A DNA stretch of 64,000 nucleotides from Paramecium tetraurelia (taxonomy: Eukaryota). The notes beneath the pieces were generated by a model. The model made no database searches and was not told the origin of the DNA. It was given only the letters and a program-made list of their open reading frames with translations. Location: positions 1 to 64,000 of the forward strand of contig CT868014.1 in the NCBI GenBank assembly GCA_000165425.1, read 5' to 3'. The position numbers were made by a program, and so were the translations under genes. Numbering within the stretch: the stretch's first letter is position 1; every line of letters starts with the position of its first letter. This document shows, in pieces, positions 1-13,918 of this stretch.

Positions 1-2482
1 TTGATCACATTTATTTTGTAATTGTCTTAAATCAGATTAGAGTTACTATTTATCAGAAGTCAAACCAATAACTTAAGTTTCATTGACTCCTTCTCCAAGC
101 ATTTTCTCAAAAGATTTTAGATCATCCTTTCTCTACTATTCAACATCCTATATTTGTTTCTTAAGATTCACACATTCTGCCTAGAGTGAGCTGATTTAAA
201 AGACTTTTTCAGGATCTTATTAAAATTCAATTTATTTTTCGCTACTTAAAGGCTTTTAGATTTATTAATTCAATTATTCATTTAGCTTTTACTTGGTTTA
301 GATTAACTCATCTTTTAATTTTATTTAATCCAATTTCAAATCATCTATTTCATTTTGTCTTATTTTAAGTACTTCATTTTCTTATATCTATATTTAATCT
401 TATTGTTAATTTTTTAATTGATTAACCATTTTTTTCATTTCATTGTTTTCATTTTATTATTATATTAGCTCCTCTTGTAATTTATTTATCTAAATTAATA
501 ATTATCTTTAATCAGTTTGTAATTTTTATTTTTAAGTTACTAAATCAGCTATACATTATTGATCGGCTCCATTTCCTATTATTTCCTTGAAAGACTTAAG
601 ATCTTCTTATCTTTATTATTCCACTTCTTAGAGTTAATCTTTTAATATAATATTTTCTGTTTGCAAAATATTCAATTACTTTAATTTATCTTCTTGTTAT
701 TCATCTACACTCTCGATATCCTTTTCCTCAAACTACCCTATATTTTACTAATTCAATTGTTTTAATAACTCTATTATTTAATCTTAAAGTGATATTTAAT
801 TTTTTTTCAAAGTGTCGTTTTCTTCCGCTATGATATTAAGTTCATCATTCTTATTAATTTTTTCATTTTCCAAATTATGTATTAGCTCTTATTATTAGAC
901 AATTTATTTCTTATAGTCTTCTGGTTATTTTTCCTAATTTAACTCATTCAAAATTTCTTAATATTACTTTTTACTTATATCATATTATTGCTGTAGTTTT
1001 ATTCTTTCTTCTACTAATTCCTTCACTTATTACTTTAAATCTATATTTTATCTTTTTAGGATCAAATTTTGTGCATCCAGGCTTTCCAATTACATTAGGT
1101 TTTAGTCTTATGGCTAATAAATCTGGTTTTCAATCAATTAGTCATATTTTTACCTTAACAATTTAGCTTGTTCCTATAATTATATCTTTTCAAATTCCAA
1201 CTAGTTTATTTTATCTTAATTATCTCTAAAAGAATTAAGTACATTCTAAAATTCATCTCTTTATTATATTGGAAATGAATCAATAACATTCTATCTTTAG
1301 TTAGTTTAATGCGAATCATGAATATTTGATTAAATGATAGAAACTTTTTATGGAGCACTCATGTTCATAACAAATGGATGTATCTTCAAAGGAGAAATTC
1401 TAATTGGACTTAAGTATTTAACAGGTGTAAAGGCGATCGAAAATCTAGTAGGTGATTATTTTAATTTATTATTATTGCTTATTAGTTTTAGATCATCGTT
1501 TTTTAATCTAACTAAGGAATTAAGCAATGAAATTTATTTTAAAATAGTTGGAATGCTTAATCCTCCTTACTACAAATGTTCAATATGTCCAATAATTTTT
1601 GAAAAGACTTCATCAGACGATAAACCTTAAGAACATGATCTTCCTAACTATGGACTTTGATTGTTTAAAATTCGTCTTACTGCTTTTGGAGTTTCATAAG
1701 CTTTTAATTCTTCAATATCTTAATTAATTTTTGCCAAATATATTTCTATTTGCTAATAATCAACTTCCTTATTCAAGTTATCTTGCTTGATTAGGAATGA
1801 TATTTAGGACTTAATCAATTCCCTTAAAATTGTTATTGAATTAAGGTATTTAGTTTAGATGGAATTTCCTTATTTATAATTTTAGATATTATTTTGAAGT
1901 TATTCTAAAAGCCTATGAATGTTGGCAGGAGTATGATTTTAGGCTTCACTTTGATCGAGATTTAATTTCTTAATGGATGAAATATCTTATTTATTTTCTA
2001 ACTAATTAATGCTTAATAAATAAGATATTTTTGACTCTAAATATTAATTTTCTTCCTTTAATTTTTCATATTCTCCAGATAAATCTATTTACACCTAATT
2101 ATCCATCTAAGGTTAATTTCTGATGTAGGAATTCAATTGCTCTCTGTATTTTTTCTCCTATTCCTATGTTTTATTCACTTCTTGGTTTAATGTAGAGATT
2201 TCTAGAAGCAAGATCTTTTATTCGTCTTTATATGTTTTTCTAAATTATAATTGTAATTTACATCTGCTACTCTAACTAATTTTTGTTTTCTTCAAGCTCC
2301 TTTATTATTTAATTTTGCCTTTGAATTTCAAATCCCATCAAAACTCTTTCGCATTTTAAGCTGATCAATTTATCATCTTAACTAGGTTACTAAGATACAA
2401 CTCTAAAGCCTCTTAAGGTGCTCTTTAAGGAGAGCCACACACTCTTAATAGTATGGTTGGTTTTTATCTACAGCCCTGGACG
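1..2482 (-). CDS. Large coiled-coil hypothetical protein (3' end beyond window; 5' end lost in low-quality sequence at the gap)
   Basis: Long TGA-free minus frame under code 6 (QQPSQDDKLISLKCERVLMGFEIQRQNQIIKELEENKNQLEQQMQ...), E/Q/K-rich heptads, probable small intron near 1125-1155. Confidence 0.7.
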
Positions 2483-2538
2483 NNNNNNNNNNNNNNNNNN
2501 NNNNNNNNNNNNNNNNNNNNNNNNNNNNNNNNNNNNNN
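2483..2538. other. Assembly gap (56 N)
   Basis: Run of N; the two flanks are degenerate copies of each other. Confidence 0.99.
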
Positions 2539-4984
2539 TACTAGATACACTTAAGCTTTAAGTGCCCTTAAGGAGAGCAACCCATAGTATGGTGGCCTAA
2601 CCTCTCATCTCAAACTCCCCCTCACATCCATCATAATCTCATAAACGTTATCAAAATATAAGCAAGCTAATTAGTATAATACATACAAAATCAAAATTAG
2701 AAAAAGCATAAATTGCGTCCGAAAGAGGCATCTTAATTTAATTAAGACTATAGTGGGAAATTTAAAAAATAGATCGTTACGATTTATATTATTTGATTTT
2801 ATAAATATTATAAGTTTCTTATCAGCTATGTTATTTTTAAGCTTTGTTTATGTAATTTTTAGATTATCCCTAATAAAAGCATTGTGGAATTTTGATTTTG
2901 ACTAAGTGAGATCAACTCAATTAGGAAACTAAATTAAAAGTTAACAATTATCAATATGAGTTTTGATTTTTAAAAGTTTTTTAATCTGAGTGAGATATTG
3001 AACCCTGAGAATTATCTTTTATCATTTACATATAATTCTACTTATTTAATTAATAAATACAAAATACTCAATTTACTAAGATCGATAAATTATTTCAGAC
3101 ATTCACAATTGTTCTCAATTAGAGACACTATAGAAGTTTTAATCTCAAAAATTCTAAAAACTATATGAAGCAGCAGAAAGATTATATGATGATTAAGTTT
3201 AATATATTTATTTTGAAGACAAGACATATCATATTTCTTCGAAACAAAGACTAATACAGAAAAGGAAGGCAAATCAGATAATAATTAGCTCGGTTCAGGA
3301 ATCAACAAACCTTACTCACTTAGGATTCTACTTGTAATTTTTTAGGGTATATTTTTGAAATTTATTTCTTTATTTTATTCAGGAAACAAATAAACAATCA
3401 TATTGATTGTTGTCGCCAAAAAATTTGAAATAATAAATTTTGTTAATTTTTCAACAGTTATTCTTTACATATAATCGTTTAGTATAATGAAATTTAAAAA
3501 ATAAACCTTTTATAAATAGATTTTTTACAAATCTGAGATTGATCAAAAGTAAAAATTAATCAATTTGGCTTAAATGATGAAGGTAAATTATTTTAATGCA
3601 ATGAGTCCAATCGAAGAACCATTTCTATAAGAAATTAAAGTGATTTAAATGAAAATATCAGCGAATTAGAATTTTTGTATTACCTAAAAATTTAATAAAT
3701 TTTAAAAGTGAAAACAAATTTTAGATGGATTTTAAAATTATTAAATTTTTGATAAAAAATTGACTTGAGCAATATTTATTAACAAATTACAATTAATTTG
3801 TTGATATAAATTGAATAATACCACATCAACAATTGAACTTAAATAAAATAAGTAAATTAAATGTTTGAAAAAAATTTATAGTTCAAAGGTAATTTATAAA
3901 ATATAAAAGTTATTATAAAATAAATTAAATTAATTTTACTAAAGCTTCCTTTGGTAGATATTGCATACTAACTAATATAACTTCATAAATTTATAATAAT
4001 ATAGAATAATAAAAGTTCTTTTTAATTATTCTAAATTTTGGAAATATTGAAAAAAACAGCTATTCAATGATCAATTTTCCTGATTGATTTAAACTTTAAA
4101 GATTTATTAAAGCAAGTTTTATTTTTGTTCTTTACGAAAATTATATGACATTTTTATTGAATTCTATTGGGGTGAGACCGGTGGAAGAACAAATATATTA
4201 TTCTGCATTCAAAACTTTAGACTTACGGATTGGACTATTGTCTAAATTAACAAGAACTTCTGAATTTCAAATGATTCTTTTATTGGCTAAGTAATTATAT
4301 TAAATAATGGATATATAGCCGCAATGATTTTTCCTTATTTTACTTATAAAGAATAAATATTTTGTATTCTAATAGGATTTCAATTTTCTTTTATCCTTTC
4401 TTTATCAGAATGAATGTTTTCTTATTTTTTTTTAATTAACAACCTCTAAATAATTTCAATTCTTAGAAGGATATTTAACTTGAAAATCATTTTATATTAG
4501 ATTAGGTAAGACAATGAATATTACTTTTGGTCACAAGAAATACAAAAATTTTTAAAAAGGGCTCAATGTTAAATTGAAGAAAAAAATAGTTCCAAAAAAT
4601 TTGAACTTAATAACAAAAAAATACAAATTGTAAATAACGAAATGGGGATGAGAAAAAATATAATTAAAAAATAAGTGGGTTTATTTAACCAAATTTTTCC
4701 TCTTTTAACATTTTCAAAAGAATCGCTAATGTTTTAAAAATTCATAGAAGTAATGATGGGTAAAATAAATGTTTAATATTTAATTTAATTATATTCCTAA
4801 AGATAGTGCAGCCATCATTCTATATAATGATCAATTCCTGACTTTATAAAAGTTGAAGTGCCTAAAAATAAAAAAAAGAAGGTCTTTTTGAAAATAAATC
4901 TATGTATTATTTTTAATACTTAAATACTGGTGAAATTTTAGATACAATTTAAAAATAAAATAAAAATCAGGTTTTATTAAGGAT

Positions 4985-6096
4985 TCAAGTTGCATTAGGC
5001 TTCTAATGGGGTAAAAGATATAATTAGGGGATGCAACAATATATATTTTGGAATTGGTATGGTGAATAATTAATATACGGACAGACCATTTAGATTGGAA
5101 TTCCTTAAATTTAAGGTTCAGAAGTATAAGAGTTATCTGAGTTAGGCTCAATTTTAATACACGGTTTTTTTCTTCCTCCTTCCCCATAAAACTATGATAT
5201 AAACTTTGGATCGTAATTTTTTTTTTGGATGATTAGATTTACAATAAATTATTCATCAACCTTGTTATCATTGTTCTTCTTAATTATTTTAAATATACCA
5301 TTCTGATTTCATTTGAAATTTTTCTAATTATAGAGTTATAAACATTTTTGATCTAATTATCAGTTCGGTGAGGCATACTTTTTGAAATTCCTGCCCAATT
5401 TTTTTTCTTATTCTAAGCTTATTGAAAGATAAATAGTATTTCATCTTAATTGAATTCATTTCTATATTGAGACATATAGTTACTTATTTATGTTTGGATT
5501 GATAACATTATTAAATCTCTCGCGAATCTATTTTGGATACCTTACAGTTTAACTTCTTTTTATAAATTCCAGCGCAATTATTAACCAGTCCTTTGATTTG
5601 GAGTATTACCTACTCTATAAATAATTAATACTATCTTAATTTAATAAGTAGGTCATCTTCTTCGGGTTACCAAGGCTATTCTTTAAGTTTATAATTCAGC
5701 AAACCCAACCATTTTGTCAATAAAAATTCTTCTGGGAGACCCAAGATAATTGAGAGCGTCTCAAAAATTTTACACTAGTACTACACCATATTTAAAGATT
5801 AAGTATTACAACTTCATGAAATTTTATCTAAAGCTTGACTATCAATTTTGAGACGCACCATATCAAGAAATATTTTTCTGTGTCTCCCCATTTGCATTTT
5901 CTTTTAATCTTTGATCTAAACTGCTATAATAGTTTTTATACTTTTGAAAATCTGAGCTGAAATATTATATTATTTAAAACGATGTCATACATTTATTAGG
6001 TATCCTTATATATTGACTAAGTAGAGGTTTATCAAGTTCATTATCTTAAAAATCACTAATAAATTTAAGAAATTCATTCCAAGTAGGAGGAATCAT
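4985..6096 (-). CDS. Myb-domain transcription factor
   Basis: MIPPTWNEFLKF...; Myb repeats QPWQPEEDDLLIKLR..KQIRERFNNVINPNINK and NEFNQDEILFIF..NWAGISKSMPHRTDNQIKNVYN; several tiny introns; TGA at 4985-4987. Confidence 0.85.
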
Positions 6097-6521
6097 TTTA
6101 ATTCAAAAATAAATTATCTTTTTTATTTTTCTTCTATCCACAGATAAACAAGACTACAGAAATATTTAAAGTGAATCAGGTTAAGAGAGTTACTAAATAA
6201 TATATTAATGTTATTTAGATAACAAAAAAATGACGGAGTTTAAATTTAAATGTCAGATTTATTTTTGTTGTGAGGATATATTTAATTAATCATTTAATAA
6301 AAATATATTGATAGCCTTGATGTCAAGAATAAAGAGACAATCAATCAACTTACTTTGAATTTTGAATATTCAATCTGAAATTATTCAAATTAGTTATTTA
6401 TAAAAAATTTTTTTATTTATCTGTCAAATATCACTGTTTTAAACTGATTTTTTTGTCTCAAAAATTCCTAATAACCTTGATATATTAAATCCATTCTTTA
6501 AAAAGACATCTGAAAAAATAA

Positions 6522-6896
6522 ATGTAATTTATCGAGATGCCTCCTTCTTTCAATCCTTCAGATTTTTATATCTAGTACACCTAAATTATTGAAATTCAGA
6601 ATAATTAGTCTATTCTTTTTCTTGGATTACTTTAATTGTCTTTCTATTCAATTGGAAAAATGCAGAATAAATAAATTATTTTTTACCATGAACCTGATCC
6701 TCAAAGATATAATCGCTTCCAAAGAGCAAGAACTAATGTAATTTAGTCTTAAGAATTAAATTAAATGATTTATTATTAATCATAATATGATGCATTTTTT
6801 ATATATAGAACCTTCACCCTAAAATAACATTTATCAAATTTAGAAATTTTCAAACAACCTTGTTTATTGTTTGATGTAGCATTTGAATAAAATTGA
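6522..6896 (+). CDS. Possible small hypothetical protein (124 aa)
   Basis: ATG-to-TGA open frame MQFIEMPPSFNPSDFYIQY...; no recognisable motif. Confidence 0.3.
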
Positions 6897-7172
6897 ATCT
6901 AAGATAAATAATCATGTTTATTAGTTGAAATTATAAATTTTTTCTTTAAGTTATTCTTATTTTTGTTTATATCACAAGTTTTTCTTGATTAAAACAATTG
7001 CAATGTCAATATTTACAAATCTTCTTAGTATATTAATTATAATAAAGATAATTTATATCCGAATAAATATTAATGGAATAAATAATAAATTTAATTAACT
7101 AATTTCATCAAATTTCTTGTTAATGCAAGCTTTTAACATGACTATTAATAATAATCTAAATATATGAAAAAA

Positions 7173-8046
7173 TCATAGAGAATCCTTATTTTAATCTTAT
7201 GGTGATTCTTCAAAATAGTTAAAGTCGATGAATAATGCGGCTGCCAATAATAACGCTTTTTATCTACTTGTAGATTACTAAGGGAACATTAATCTAAAAT
7301 TGGTTGCATCCACATTACATAGTGCATTACAAAATCCAGCTGACTCTTTCCATAATTCTGAAACTTTCTTTAGATATTTTGATTAAACAATACCTATCCT
7401 TGTGAATCAATAATATCAAATCTTGCCCTTTAACATGCTTCACAAGGTAATTTTACTAAAAATGGCCATTGGCAGCAACTTCCTTTGACAGAGTATAACA
7501 AGGAATTATTTTCATCTCTTATTTCAACTCCCTTATCGCAGCACATAAAGGGATAGCATATATAACCTAGTTTTCCTCCATTTTATAATTAAACTTCCAT
7601 AATAGGTCTAAAATTAATTAAATTAAATACCTAGCTAGACAAAGAAATGTACATTTGAACTCTCTGCTTAATCTAAATACTGTGTTTGTGTCTTGTTTTT
7701 AATCATATTATTTGACTTTCAAATCAAAGGCTCTGCAAGCTCCAGGAAGAAAATTTCTTTAGCAACAGCTACTATCCTCTTTACATTTAAAAATAGGAGC
7801 TTAATGCTTAAAGTCTGGCTAATTTCCCAAGGTATCAGATTAGTAAACATAATAAACATTTTTTTTTTCACAGAATCCTAAAGATTCTAAATAATCAGGA
7901 CGTTATTTGATAAAAATACTTGGACATCTTGAGATCGCTTCTAATCCAGAGTTAAATGAAGTCTATATTTGATATATTATTACATCAATCTATCCAGGAT
8001 TAATATATTGTTGTTAAGGTGATTAGTATGCTGCTTAATACTACAT
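7173..8046 (-). CDS. Phospholipid scramblase family protein
   Basis: Cys-rich (KEDSSCCQRNF, FKCTFLCLARP, KGSCCQWP); C-terminal F..MFP....RQKALLLAAALFIDFNYFEE matches the scramblase terminal helix. Confidence 0.9.
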
Positions 8047-8147
8047 TTATTAATTTTAATTAATTATTATTAATTGAGAGTATTAATTTAGAAATTACAC
8101 CAAATTTATTTAGGTTTATATGGATTGAAAATAAAATATTAAATAAA

Positions 8148-8540
8148 ATGGAATTTAAGGTTGATTTAGTTTCTTTAACAAAAATCAAGGACTAGGAGAG
8201 ACTTTTAATTGATGATCAAAAGATAATGGCACTAAATAAAACATAATGAAATCATTTAGCAATATGGATATATATCCAGAATTTAAAAAATAATGGGTTA
8301 ATTTCAAGAAATAATATTTATAGATAAAAGTTAAACTGATAAAAAAGTATTAAATGAAACAAACATTAATTTTTTTTCAAAATGGATTAATAGAGTTTAT
8401 TGAAAATAATAAAACTCCATTATTATTTTATTGAAATTGCGATTCTACAAAAAATAAAATAACTGTTTTTATATTTGAAGTATCTGATTATAATGCTACA
8501 CTTTTCTTGTAATAAGGTATTTGAATTGCTTATTAAATAG
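8148..8540 (+). pseudogene. Disrupted coding-like segment
   Basis: MEFKVDLVSLTKIKDQERLLIDDQKIMALNKTQ* then protein-like sequence continues only via frameshifts or TGA; intron-like gtatttga..aaatag at about 8517-8540. Confidence 0.35.
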
Positions 8541-8916
8541 TAAAAATTTCTTAAATAACTTGCAATTGCATTTGGAATTATTTTTAGGATGTATTGAATG
8601 AATTGTTATTTTTATATTGTTCTAGTTAATTTTAATAATCAATTCAATATTTTAATGCATAATTATTGCTATTAAAATAGTAGTCCTTCTCCTTCATTTC
8701 TAATTAAAGTATTCTTTCATATCTATAATAATACTAAGTTCTAAAGTTCAGTCACAAGATAGCTCTATAAAAAAATTTAGTCTATCTAAGTTATATAAGT
8801 TTAGGCAACAGGTAATATATAAATTTAAATTGCTTATACTTTTGGTTCACAATAAAAAATAAATTGAGTAAGGTTCTTATGCTTAATTCATCTAATAATA
8901 TTTTATTTATAAATAT

Positions 8917-10934
8917 ATGTTAAGCACAGGCTCGACCTTTTATGGTGTTGATTAATAAGCAAAAAGCAATTTAAGTGAAATATAGGAGCTAATATAAAAG
9001 GCATAGTATAGAATTGGATATTTTATTGATATTGATCATGATATATTATAAGAATGGGTGAGAAAATATAACGAATGTCTGCATCAGATAAATGAATCTA
9101 AACAAATGAATTGTGAAATAAAACGGATTCTCTAAAATCTTATTAGTACCATAGAAATTATAGAAACTGAAGGAATGCTTTTAGTGGGTAATTTTAAACC
9201 CTGGATGAGTGGAGTTGGTATGATCAAATTTCCTTATGGGTATACGTTATATGGAAAAATCTAATTTGGAATATTAAATGGATAAGGAATGATTGAAATT
9301 TATAAAAAGAATACAAGATTGATTGGAACTTTTTCTTAAAATAAATTATAAGGAAATGGAACTATTATTGTTAGAAATCAATATTAAATTAATGGGATAT
9401 TTCAAAAAGGAAAAATCATATCAGGGCCAATCTCAATAAAGTATCTTAATGGTTCAGAAAATCAGTATTACATATGAATTATTATAGAGTTTAAGCAGAG
9501 TTAAAAATTAATGGCGATTAAATCAGACTTGGTGATTAAGAATAATTAAGGAACAATATCTCTCTCAGTAATCTAGAATTTAATAGGCCTAATAATGTCC
9601 AATACAAGGCATCTTAATTTCTTTTAGGATAAAATAAATAAAGTTCTTTTGCTTTATATTAAAATGACGAATTACAGTTAGAATATAGGGATGGAAAATT
9701 AATTTATGGAGTAGGTTAGAATCATGAGCCCAACAACATTTTGTTGATTGGAAAGTTTAACTAAGGTGCACTATTTGGATTAGGAAAATTAATTGATTAC
9801 AACAATCTTTTGTATAAAATTAAACAATACTTAGTCTGTTGGAGGGAGAGTTTTAAAATAGTATTATAATCCACGGGAAGAAATATCATTTAGAATCTAA
9901 CATATTGTAAGTTCTTTATATATACATTAGATATGAAGATGGATAATTCAATAAATAAGTATAATTATCAGGAAATGGAAAGCGATATTTTGAAATCGCA
10001 GGTTTGATGTAAATAATTTATTAAAATAATATAGAAAAGAAGAAGGTATGTTTGAGAATGGATAATTAAATGGGAAAGGTATCAGATACTATAATATTAA
10101 TGGTGAAGTAAGAAAATGTTAGTGATTTTTAGCAAAATTAAATAATGGAGGAGGGTAGTTTTAACAATGGAATATTGATCAAAGGCACAAAGTTCTATTA
10201 GAATGGTTTAATGTAATATCTAAAATATAAATTTCAGATAGGAGAAAGGAGAATTTAATCAGAATGGACTTATAAATGAAGGAGAAAGAAGGCATCCTAA
10301 TGGTTATATGTAGTTAACTTTAATTAATTCATAGACAAGAATATGGTATATTTTTGGATGGGCAATTACATTCAAAAGATGATATGTCTGGGAGAGCAAA
10401 TGATAATGGGGTTATTATTGAAGTTGGATATTTCTAAAAAGGGTAACTTAATGGAGAAGGAGAAAGAAGACATCCGAGTGGAAGAAAGTATAAATTAAGA
10501 ATTATTATTTTAGAAAGGAAGTTGGGAATTTTTCATTAGGATTACTTGATGGAAGTGGAAAAAGATATTATGATAATGAAGAGAATACTTTAGAGGAAGA
10601 GGGAGTATTTCAAGATGGTTAGTTACACAGCTTAACTACTATTTCTAAATAGTATTACTAGGATGGTTCTTTAAAATGCTTTGGATTATTATAAAATGGA
10701 TTGCTCACTACAATAGATGGACTTCTATACTTCAACGAATATGAAATGAAGGGTGTTTTTCAAAATGGTCAAGTGAATGGAACAATGAGAATCTTAAATT
10801 CAAAAACTTAAATGGAGTTTAGAGATCATCATTTCCAAAGCAATGAAACATTTTTAAGAGCAGCCAATAAAGCTAACGTATATTTAGGTTCTTAATTTCA
10901 TACTAAGGCCTAATCAAGTTATAAAAGATTATGA
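8917..10934 (+). CDS. MORN-repeat protein
   Basis: Repeated E-x-G-x-F-x-x-G-x-L-x-G-x-G-x-R-Y units (KEEGMFENGQLNGKGIRYY; EVGYFQKGQLNGEGERRHPSG); 8 tiny introns; TGA 10932-10934. Confidence 0.85.
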
Positions 10935-10948
10935 TGCATAAAAAGTAT

Positions 10949-11905
10949 TCAATGCTTTTATTTATATAATTATTTTGCAATAATTGGTGATATGATATCC
11001 ATTAGCTTTCCTTCTACTAAAGTAAATATTAATGTTTATATTCTATGGATAATATGTCCTGCAGTGGCTTCCTTATTTCCCAATTAAAATCTAATATTAT
11101 TATAATATAATCTACAATGCTGATGTGACACATTGCTAGGTAGAAACTGTTAGAAGATCAGTCTAATTTTTTACCATAGCTGTTTAAACAAATCCAGGTC
11201 GTAAAGATAGAAAATCAACGTTTTCCACTTCAATTTGTAGGGATCTGGTAAAATAATCATTAAATGCCTTTAGATTTTATATAAATTTTTACTTTAGTTG
11301 CACTATATACTTGATAATAAGGATTGGAAAATCTTCCTGCTAATGAGGAAAGATTTATGACTCCTGATCTTTGCCTTTTCTTGAGAAGAGGCAATATATA
11401 TTTTGTCATAAACACCACAGGGATGCAATTGATGATAATTTAATTTTATTGATCGACATCAGATGTCTTGTGGAATTCCCCAACAGTTAAGACTCCAACA
11501 TTGTTGACTAAAAGACCGATATCCAAATCTTTCACTTCTTAATATATTTTTTGGAAGAAGGATTCTTAAAGACAATTCTAAAAATCCGCAATCACAATTT
11601 TATATTATGGTTTACCATTAATCTTCTTTAACTCTTCTATTAAATTCTCTGCTTTTGATTTATTTCTAGCAACAATGCAAACATTGACACCTTGTCTTGA
11701 AAATTCCTTGAAATAAAACAATATTCATTACTTAACAAAATCCTTTACCTATCCCGTCTGTGGCTCCAGTGACTAAAGCCCAACATCCCTTTCCATATTT
11801 TTATTATACATTAGGATTCCCAAAAATAATTACTTTGCATTCCTTTATGAATAAGTATCCAAAATAACACAAAACAATTATTCCAATCCACTCAATTATA
11901 TCCAT
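10949..11905 (-). CDS. Short-chain dehydrogenase, 17beta-HSD12 / 3-ketoacyl-CoA reductase-like
   Basis: N-terminal TM, WALVTGATDGIGKGF (TGxxxGxG), DIGLLVNNVG, catalytic YSATK. Confidence 0.9.
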
Positions 11906-12201
11906 TTTATAAAAAATTAAAATTATTGCAAATTAAATTCAATAATCATCCTTCTTAATTCATTCTTTTGTTCAAATCTACTTTGCTTGTGTCATATTCC
12001 AATCAACTATATTTAGGAAGGAGTACTCAAAAAATAAATAAAACAGAACTATTTTTTAATACTTATCAAATTATCTAAAAAATATCTTAGATATATTATA
12101 GAGTTCCTGCTACAATCCTTAGATTGAGAATTCAGGAATTGAAGTATCGATATGCAATATTCTAAAATTCAAATGACAATATATTATTATTAATAATAAT
12201 T

Positions 12202-13883
12202 ATGTTATAATCATTTTTGCTTAGTTTGGCTTCTGGAATTGTCTTATTCATTGTTTATATGTATCACAGGGCAAACTTATCGGAAGGATCAGCTAATTAC
12301 AGATATTATAATGAAGCAGTAAAAGGAATGTCGAGATGGCTGGAATAGACGGTTGATCTAACCTAATCTCATTTTTAGCCATGCAAGTAATTGATTATAA
12401 TATTCAAAGAAATTGTGGATATGAGATTGCTTTAGTGCATGATAATTCGTATTGTCTTAGAAGCGACCTCTTTAAGTTGTTGCATCCAGAAGTAATAGTA
12501 TAGGATCAAATGGTATTGAGAGATTATGGTGGTCAAGATTTGGCAAGAAAAATCATATAACAAAATATGTATGATGCTCTACCCAGTTTTGTATAAACCA
12601 GACAAATTGAGATTGGATATCATTTAACTCCATTGGAAACATCAATTGTATATCCATATGCTAAAAATTATTTGCGAACTCATACTTTTGGAAAATAAGC
12701 TGGTTGTATTTTCTAGAAATATTTCCATGTTCCAGGTCAAGAGGAAATAGCATTAAAATCAAATCAATCAACACACTTTCATAATTACATTGATAATTTG
12801 AAATTAGAAAATAAAAGTGCTGAGTGCATCAAAGATGCTAGTTATGAAAAACCTACATTTAGAATGTGGTTGAAAGAAGAATGTGACAATTTCTTTTAGA
12901 TTATTAACACACAATAATACAAAGATAAATTGGAAAATGAGGGAATCCAATATATTTATAAAACAAATAGACATCTAGGCAATGGAATATTACTTTTGGA
13001 TTATTAAAATGAAAAGATAATAAGATCATGGTATAAAGATAGCCAAGGTTGTGGACGCAATCTGTCTTAAGTTATAATTTAAGAGTACCTTAAGAATCCT
13101 TACTTATTCAAAGGACATAAGATGGAGTTTAGATCATATTTTTAGATAGCATCTACTAATCCACCAATCTTGTATGGCTATAAGAAGGCATTGATAAAAC
13201 AATGTGCATTAAAATTCGATTTATTGGATTTCACCAAAGAGGCACATGTATGTAATACAGCCGTAACAAAAACACATAAGCAAACAACTGGATAGGAATA
13301 AGATGATGATCTCTATATTGATTGGAATTTAGAGGAGTTGCAAGATATTTTGTTAGAGTAGGGTAAGATAAAGTCTCGTAATTGGTTGAATGAAGAACTA
13401 TACCCTTAGATTATGAGAAAGATAACCCATCTATTTTTCTCAGTAGAAAAATACCTCTTGAAAGATAGTAGAGTTGGAGAGTTCTTTGGAGTTGATTTCA
13501 TACTTGACGAGGATTTAAATCTCTGGATTTTTGAATGCAACCGTAATCCAAATTTCTTGGCTGTGACAGAGGGAAGAAAAGAGAAATTTGGGAAGCTGAT
13601 TCCTGACATGTTGGAAATATAGATGTAATTAGTTAGAAGCAGATTTAAAAGAGTAAGAGATTTTATGTATAATAAATTGTTGCCAGCCATTTAGGCTAGA
13701 CAGTTTTAACAATAACAAGAGAAGTTCAAAGAGGAGTTTCTGCAATTGATGAAGGATAGATTTGAACCTGAATATTAAATATCCAAAAGCAATTTAGCTG
13801 AGTTGGCGTATATTGGGGAAGGATAATTTAATGGATACATTAAAAAAGAATGTTTAGATTCAAGTAGAGTATTAAAAAAGTGA
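12202..13883 (+). CDS. Tubulin-tyrosine-ligase (ATP-grasp) family protein with N-terminal hydrophobic anchor
   Basis: IQEYLKNPYLFKGHKMEFRSY, HVCNTAV, EFFGVDFILDEDLNLWIFECNRNP; N-terminus MLQSFLLSLASGIVLFIVYMY; one intron near 12387-12409. Confidence 0.88.
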
Positions 13884-13918
13884 ATATATATATATAACCA
13901 TAATAAATTAATTATAGT

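Noticed and set aside
8148..8540. In-frame TGA as selenocysteine
   Set aside because: Frameshifts are also needed and there is no redox-motif context; decay is more likely
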